Sequence record: NC_004629.1
Direction: 5' to 3' (one strand)
Length of the DNA: 64,000 nt
Each line of letters starts with the position of its first letter. Position 1 is the first letter of the stretch. The translations under genes were made by a program, and so were the position numbers. Under the pieces are notes generated by a model, which did no database searches, was not told the DNA's origin, and worked only from the letters and a program-made list of their open reading frames with translations. Positions 60,801 to 64,000 of the stretch are shown here, piece after piece.

Positions 60801-62157
60801 GTAGACGACGATACATAATCGAATCTTCTTGAGCTTGCTCGAATGTATTCGCAGAAATCATATTCACGCGATACATGTCGTATGCTTTAGCTCTAATGGC
60901 ATCGATTAGTTTATCTTCTTCATCAACTTCAGTATTGATGAATAACTCATCTTCTGGTACATCTGTTACAATGAGTTCCTTCTCTTCTTTAATTTGGCGA
61001 GAAGGTGAAGATTCCAGTGGATCTTTTTCAATGATAAGCTTTGTTACCTCAAGATCACTTTCTGGTGGTGGGGTATATGTTACCTCAATTGCGCCAATAT
61101 CAATTAAGTTAGTTAAGTTGGTTGGGTCAAATTGAACATCATCAATAACATCAACTTCAGTTACTTCTTCTTCAACGTTATTAGACTCAACATCCTCAAC
61201 CTCTTCTGCTTCACCTTCTTCATAACTAACCGGAGTTTCTTCATCAACAATAATATCTTCATTAAAGATAGGCGTATCTTCTTTAATTAATGAAGTATTA
61301 CCTTGGTTATATTCAACCATCGCTGATACTAGTGAAATAAGGCGCCTAGCTATTTGCTGGGTATCATAACCTTTATCATCTTTAATTTCTGGATCACGAC
61401 GCCATTGATCAAGCATCCCTAAGTTAATAACAAAGAATGAACTTTGTACACGGAATAAAAGATTAATGTTACCGTAATACTTAGCATCGATGACATTCAT
61501 GAAAGAACTTTCACGATCATCAGAAACCCAGCGAACTAAATCAAATATATTTAGAATATCAGGTGTATTGAATTGATTAGCTAGATCTTGAGTTAAACCC
61601 CCTCGTAGTTTATTAAAAGAAGAAGGAGGTGGAACTAACTCAGGTAAGTGTACATCAATGAACTGGTTCCAACCAGGAAAACGTTCACATGCAGCCGCTA
61701 CGCCACTCCAGAATGTACGCATGTCATTTGACCAACGGAACCATGTAGCTTTATAAGAAGCCATATAATTCCATTGAGGGTTAATTAAATTATAATTCAT
61801 TACCAGAATGTTCTGGTTTGATAATTTAAAACCGGTATCACTGCGTAAAGGTTTAAAGAAACGGTTCTGGCGGCGAAACTCTTGAATCATTGTTGCTGGG
61901 ATATTTGAAGTCCTACGTGGATTACCTTCAAATGTAAGCATATCAGTAACATGCTCAATATATACTTTACCTTGATGTTTGGAGAATAATGGGTCTGTTT
62001 GACTAGGACCCATTACTGCATTATTACCATCGAAGAACTGATAAATGGATTCGAAAGGTAGATCAAGTTTATTTAGAGCATGCAACTTAGGTGACTGAAG
62101 TTTAGCATATTCGCGTACACTATAATTTTTCAGAAACTGTGTAATATTTAAGCGCAT
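57802..62157 (-). CDS. gp178: Virion RNA polymerase beta subunit, main (N-terminal) part, 1451 aa
   Basis: RpoB-like motifs: ESTVDSGDVG (cf. ETPEGPNIG), HDDPKRINFISIQQQQ (cf. HDDANRALMGANMQRQ), LEDGSVISE, VGDKGVVANQMKTV (cf. GDKMAGRHGNKGV), IDLLF. Confidence 0.9.
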   Translation of the reverse strand: MRLNITQFLKNYSVREYAKLQSPKLHALNKLDLPFESIYQFFDGNNAVMGPSQTDPLFSKHQGKVYIEHVTDMLTFEGNPRRTSNIPATMIQEFRRQNRFFKPLRSDTGFKLSNQNILVMNYNLINPQWNYMASYKATWFRWSNDMRTFWSGVAAACERFPGWNQFIDVHLPELVPPPSSFNKLRGGLTQDLANQFNTPDILNIFDLVRWVSDDRESSFMNVIDAKYYGNINLLFRVQSSFFVINLGMLDQWRRDPEIKDDKGYDTQQIARRLISLVSAMVEYNQGNTSLIKEDTPIFNEDIIVDEETPVSYEEGEAEEVEDVESNNVEEEVTEVDVIDDVQFDPTNLTNLIDIGAIEVTYTPPPESDLEVTKLIIEKDPLESSPSRQIKEEKELIVTDVPEDELFINTEVDEEDKLIDAIRAKAYDMYRVNMISANTFEQAQEDSIMYRRLPDPFTDPNDESVEPMTIAEAMEYHPDDLKIPEDTTFEDKPTIVDKSMLGSKLKAIQRKYNKVLLKKDILNSVLSVQKQGVSVTNYKIETVRDSGNHYQIHKVTLKPIRGRSSQVMFRIPVIDNDGRFMSNGVTYRQRLQRADIPIRKVNPRKVALTSYYNKTFVTRSERAENNFDNWLIRAITNRALDGSDMSVHSVTYAELDQSNYVLPRVYTTLGTAFKGFHNHRNVFYFNFKDRNEFFAKQGLHIEDYETDDLIMVGFNGTDAILLDKNSIFYMKTGNELEPIGTITDILGLDLTKAPLEAILMSIGGKELPLGFILAYHHGLNNLLKKLNVNYQRHQRGTRIVVNSTDYTLAFADEILVFDRADYKAMLVLSGLKRYHKSLRRYSVYDFNKRDVYFRVLEEAGLSNRFTRDIDTLFSAWVDPITEGLLKEMGEPTTFEGLLYRSVELLTNDWSPAEVDGAYMRYRGYERMAGAIFNELNRAVRVFNMRNGGSVQTVELDPHVIWRKIVQDPTVATIEDSNPIANIREQEAMTYRGDGGRGPTSMVARTRIYGEADVGVVSESTVDSGDVGVIAYLVPDANFVNMRGVTRMFDPKTDGPARLLSTSALLGVATEHDDPKRINFISIQQQQGIYADGYTVTPVRTGYEQIIAQRTSSIFAVAAEQDGEVVAIDEYGIQVKYADGNVFGYQLGTVHGTAAGVNYPHILVTSLKKGDKFKRGDTITYNKRYFSEDRYTPGQVLWKAGCMAVVAFDDNLDTLEDGSVISEDLAKRLNTQTTAIKNIDVRFDQTIRDMVKVGDHVDLNSILCIIEDPETAAHSLYDEASIETLRKLSAYSPRAKLVGTVSKIECFYHGEIDDMTPSLQALANTSDKQRAERAKSLKEPTFTGQVDANYRVKGRALEYDHMIIRVYIDHDIPCGVGDKGVVANQMKTVFSRVMTGRNETEDGRNIDLLFGNTSVEERMVLSPKIIATTTGILWAAGKHLVAVYRGNTNAKAK

Positions 62158-62159
62158 GA

Positions 62160-62345
62160 TTAATCCCTTTGTTTGGGTTCCCCAGTCATGTACCGAAGAG
62201 TTAAATTGAGTGTATGGACACCAACACTAAATGCCAGTCGACCATCGGCATGTATATATGCAATACGTTTCTTAAAGAAAGCATCTGTTTCAGCGATAGC
62301 TTCCTCTGAATAAACTGCGTTAAATGATACAGTGTCCCCGTCGAA
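62160..62345 (-). CDS. gp180: Virion RNAP beta' subunit, 3' exon (61 aa: FDGDTVSFNAV...KQRD*)
   Basis: Starts with TTC GAC GGG GAC directly after the intron's terminal G; the stop lies 2 nt before the gp178 ATG. Not in the ORF track. Confidence 0.9.
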   Translation of the reverse strand, partial: FDGDTVSFNAVYSEEAIAETDAFFKKRIAYIHADGRLAFSVGVHTLNLTLRYMTGEPKQRD

Positions 62346-63788
62346 CGTTATGTTCAGTATCAGTCGTTAATTGATACCCGCACCATTACGTGCAGCTCTA
62401 GCTCTCGCTAGAAGACCAGACTATATCTTCACCTACAGCATTATCTGTTTAGGTGCTCTCCATTTCGAGTCACTTGACCCTACGGGGCGCAACCCCCTAG
62501 TCGTTGAACGTTCCACATATTACAGTTAAGTAACTTAGCGGCTTCGCTGCTGATTGTCTCTACCTAATCATTTTCAAACATTCGCACTTACTGTTTCCAG
62601 TTATGCTGTAGTTGATTAGTTTAACGAGAGTTTCCAGCAATTAAAAGAGTAAAACATATTCATTTCGGAATATGTGGACTTATGTATTTTACTGCATAAT
62701 TTCTAAAAATACAACCATGTTCAGATTTCCTTAGATGATAACCTAAGCAACCTGGTGTGACATTGAAAAACTCAGCAGCTTCCTTCAGTGAGTTTTTTAT
62801 TAATACAGCTTCAGATTCTAATGATTCAATATGAATTCTACGATGGGTTTCCACATATACGAGATTATCATTATTCCATGGCGTATCGTCATCTTCGTAT
62901 TTAAACTGTAATGACTGATTGTAAACAAGATTACTATTTTTAGTTAAACGTAATCTTAAAGTTTCACCATCTACACCAATTTCTCGGGCGCAGTGTTCTA
63001 TGCTGTAATAACGAGTTATATTGGTAGTTATAAGGTCTCTGACCAAAACTGCTTTGGAATTATGAAGTCCATTGATATGCGCATGTTCGCAATTTCTTTT
63101 ACGGGTAGCCCATTCAAGGTTTGTTAAATCATTACAATCTTTAATTGTATTTAAATGATTCACATCGAGTGAATCAACATTACCTGGATATTTTAAGAAA
63201 GCTAGACTAAGAAGACGGTGCATTCCTACAATTGTACGTTTACCTACATCCGGCTGAACACCATACATCAGATAACCATCTTCATTCATGTATGGTGAAA
63301 GATGATTACTGTTAACAGTGCTAAGTACTTGTCCAGCGCGATTAATCATGTATCTACTATATCCGGGAATATAACAGTATTCTTTTATTAATGGATGAGT
63401 AAGTTCGCCTTCAGGACACGCCCAAATAAAATTAGTTAGGCGATGATTACTTTTATTACCGTCTTTGTAAATAACGCGTAGTTTATGTAGTAACCGCATT
63501 GGTAATATGCAGTTTCTATACGTAACACCTAATACAACAGATAGTGACAAACCGTCAAACCATTCACCTGTTATATGTTCAGGAAAAAGATGTTCTCCTT
63601 CATCACTAACCATTGTGGTCAGTACGCGTTTACTTATACTTTCTCTAGCGATACCACTACAGCTGATTTCATACATGCCACCAGTATGTGGTATCTTTTT
63701 AAATCCTGGATTTTCAATGAATTTTTTTAACATGGTTGTTATCCTATTTATTTCCTATAGGATAACTAGATATACAGTATTACAATTA
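62346..63788 (-). mobile_element. Group I intron (IA2-type), 1443 nt, self-splicing ribozyme with embedded homing endonuclease
   Basis: Minus-strand elements: P AATTGCTGGAAAC, Q AATCAGCAG, R GTTCAACGACTAG, S AAGATATAGTC. P7.1/P7.2, P8 and P9 hairpins are present. The 5' splice site follows U and the 3' end is G; removal restores an in-frame ADFDGD. Confidence 0.92.
62660..63733 (-). CDS. gp179: Intron-encoded HNH homing endonuclease, 357 aa (NUMOD4-HNH-NUMOD1-like)
   Basis: HRLLSLAF...VNHLNTIKDCNDLTNLEWAT.KRNCEHA HNH motif, NUMOD4-like IPGYSRY.INRAG.V, and C-terminal HTH repeats (YSIEHCAREIG, SLKEAAEFFNV). Confidence 0.9.
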   Translation of the reverse strand: MLKKFIENPGFKKIPHTGGMYEISCSGIARESISKRVLTTMVSDEGEHLFPEHITGEWFDGLSLSVVLGVTYRNCILPMRLLHKLRVIYKDGNKSNHRLTNFIWACPEGELTHPLIKEYCYIPGYSRYMINRAGQVLSTVNSNHLSPYMNEDGYLMYGVQPDVGKRTIVGMHRLLSLAFLKYPGNVDSLDVNHLNTIKDCNDLTNLEWATRKRNCEHAHINGLHNSKAVLVRDLITTNITRYYSIEHCAREIGVDGETLRLRLTKNSNLVYNQSLQFKYEDDDTPWNNDNLVYVETHRRIHIESLESEAVLIKNSLKEAAEFFNVTPGCLGYHLRKSEHGCIFRNYAVKYISPHIPK

Positions 63789-64000
63789 ATCCGCCCCCAA
63801 TGGCGCGAGAATAGAAGGCGATATGGATACTGAGTCGTGCCACTGGGCTGGTTTATTTAATTCAAACACAGGGAATTCTAAGGCTGGTTCCAACGTATCA
63901 TCACGTTCCCATTGATCATTTAACGGATAACGTAATTCACCCACTACAGTTGTTTTAACATACATCTTACAGGGGATAGAGCTATTGTAGTTTTCTACAG
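63789..64000 (-). CDS. gp180: Virion RNAP beta' subunit, 5' exon (partial; continues beyond the window)
   Basis: Open frame ...VENYNSSIPCKMYVK...SISPSILAPLGAD ending at GAT, followed by the intron's TAA. Confidence 0.9.

Noticed and set aside
57802-62157. Possible intein or second intron in the 1451-aa RNAP gene
   Set aside because: The frame is continuous, with no intein Cys/His-Asn termini and no group I core elements. The extra length is an acidic low-complexity insert.
63507-63833. 108-aa + strand ORF at the intron boundary
   Set aside because: Antisense to the endonuclease and exon 1; no RBS or recognisable motif.

Overview
This AT-rich 64-kb window comes from a phiKZ-like Pseudomonas jumbo phage. 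The 260-aa endolysin, gene sizes and gene order match my recollection of phiKZ gp124-gp180; gp numbers are from memory and from counting outward from gp144, not from a database search. It holds the portal, a block of paralogous tail-tip/fiber genes, a collagen-like fiber, and a lysis region (endolysin plus candidate spanins and a candidate holin). It also has RuvC, UvsX/RecA, RNase HI, SbcC, the central spike and PAAR tip, inner-body proteins and the prohead protease. Three virion RNA polymerase subunits are present: the two parts of a split beta, and the 3' end of a beta' subunit. The beta' gene is interrupted inside its catalytic D|FDGD motif by a 1443-nt group IA2-type intron (62346-63788, minus strand) carrying an HNH homing endonuclease. 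Most notable beyond standard annotation: (1) an apparently active plus degenerate pair of 2OG-Fe(II) oxygenase-fold genes among the tail genes, near a collagen-like fiber; (2) a dispersed family of GC-rich hairpins flanked by CATA/TATG, the late-promoter core; (3) two separate spanin-like gene pairs; (4) a hairpin occluding the ribosome-binding site of the intron endonuclease; (5) a 58-aa gene missed by the ORF track; (6) an early-promoter island of small membrane proteins. No tRNA, rRNA or CRISPR array was seen.
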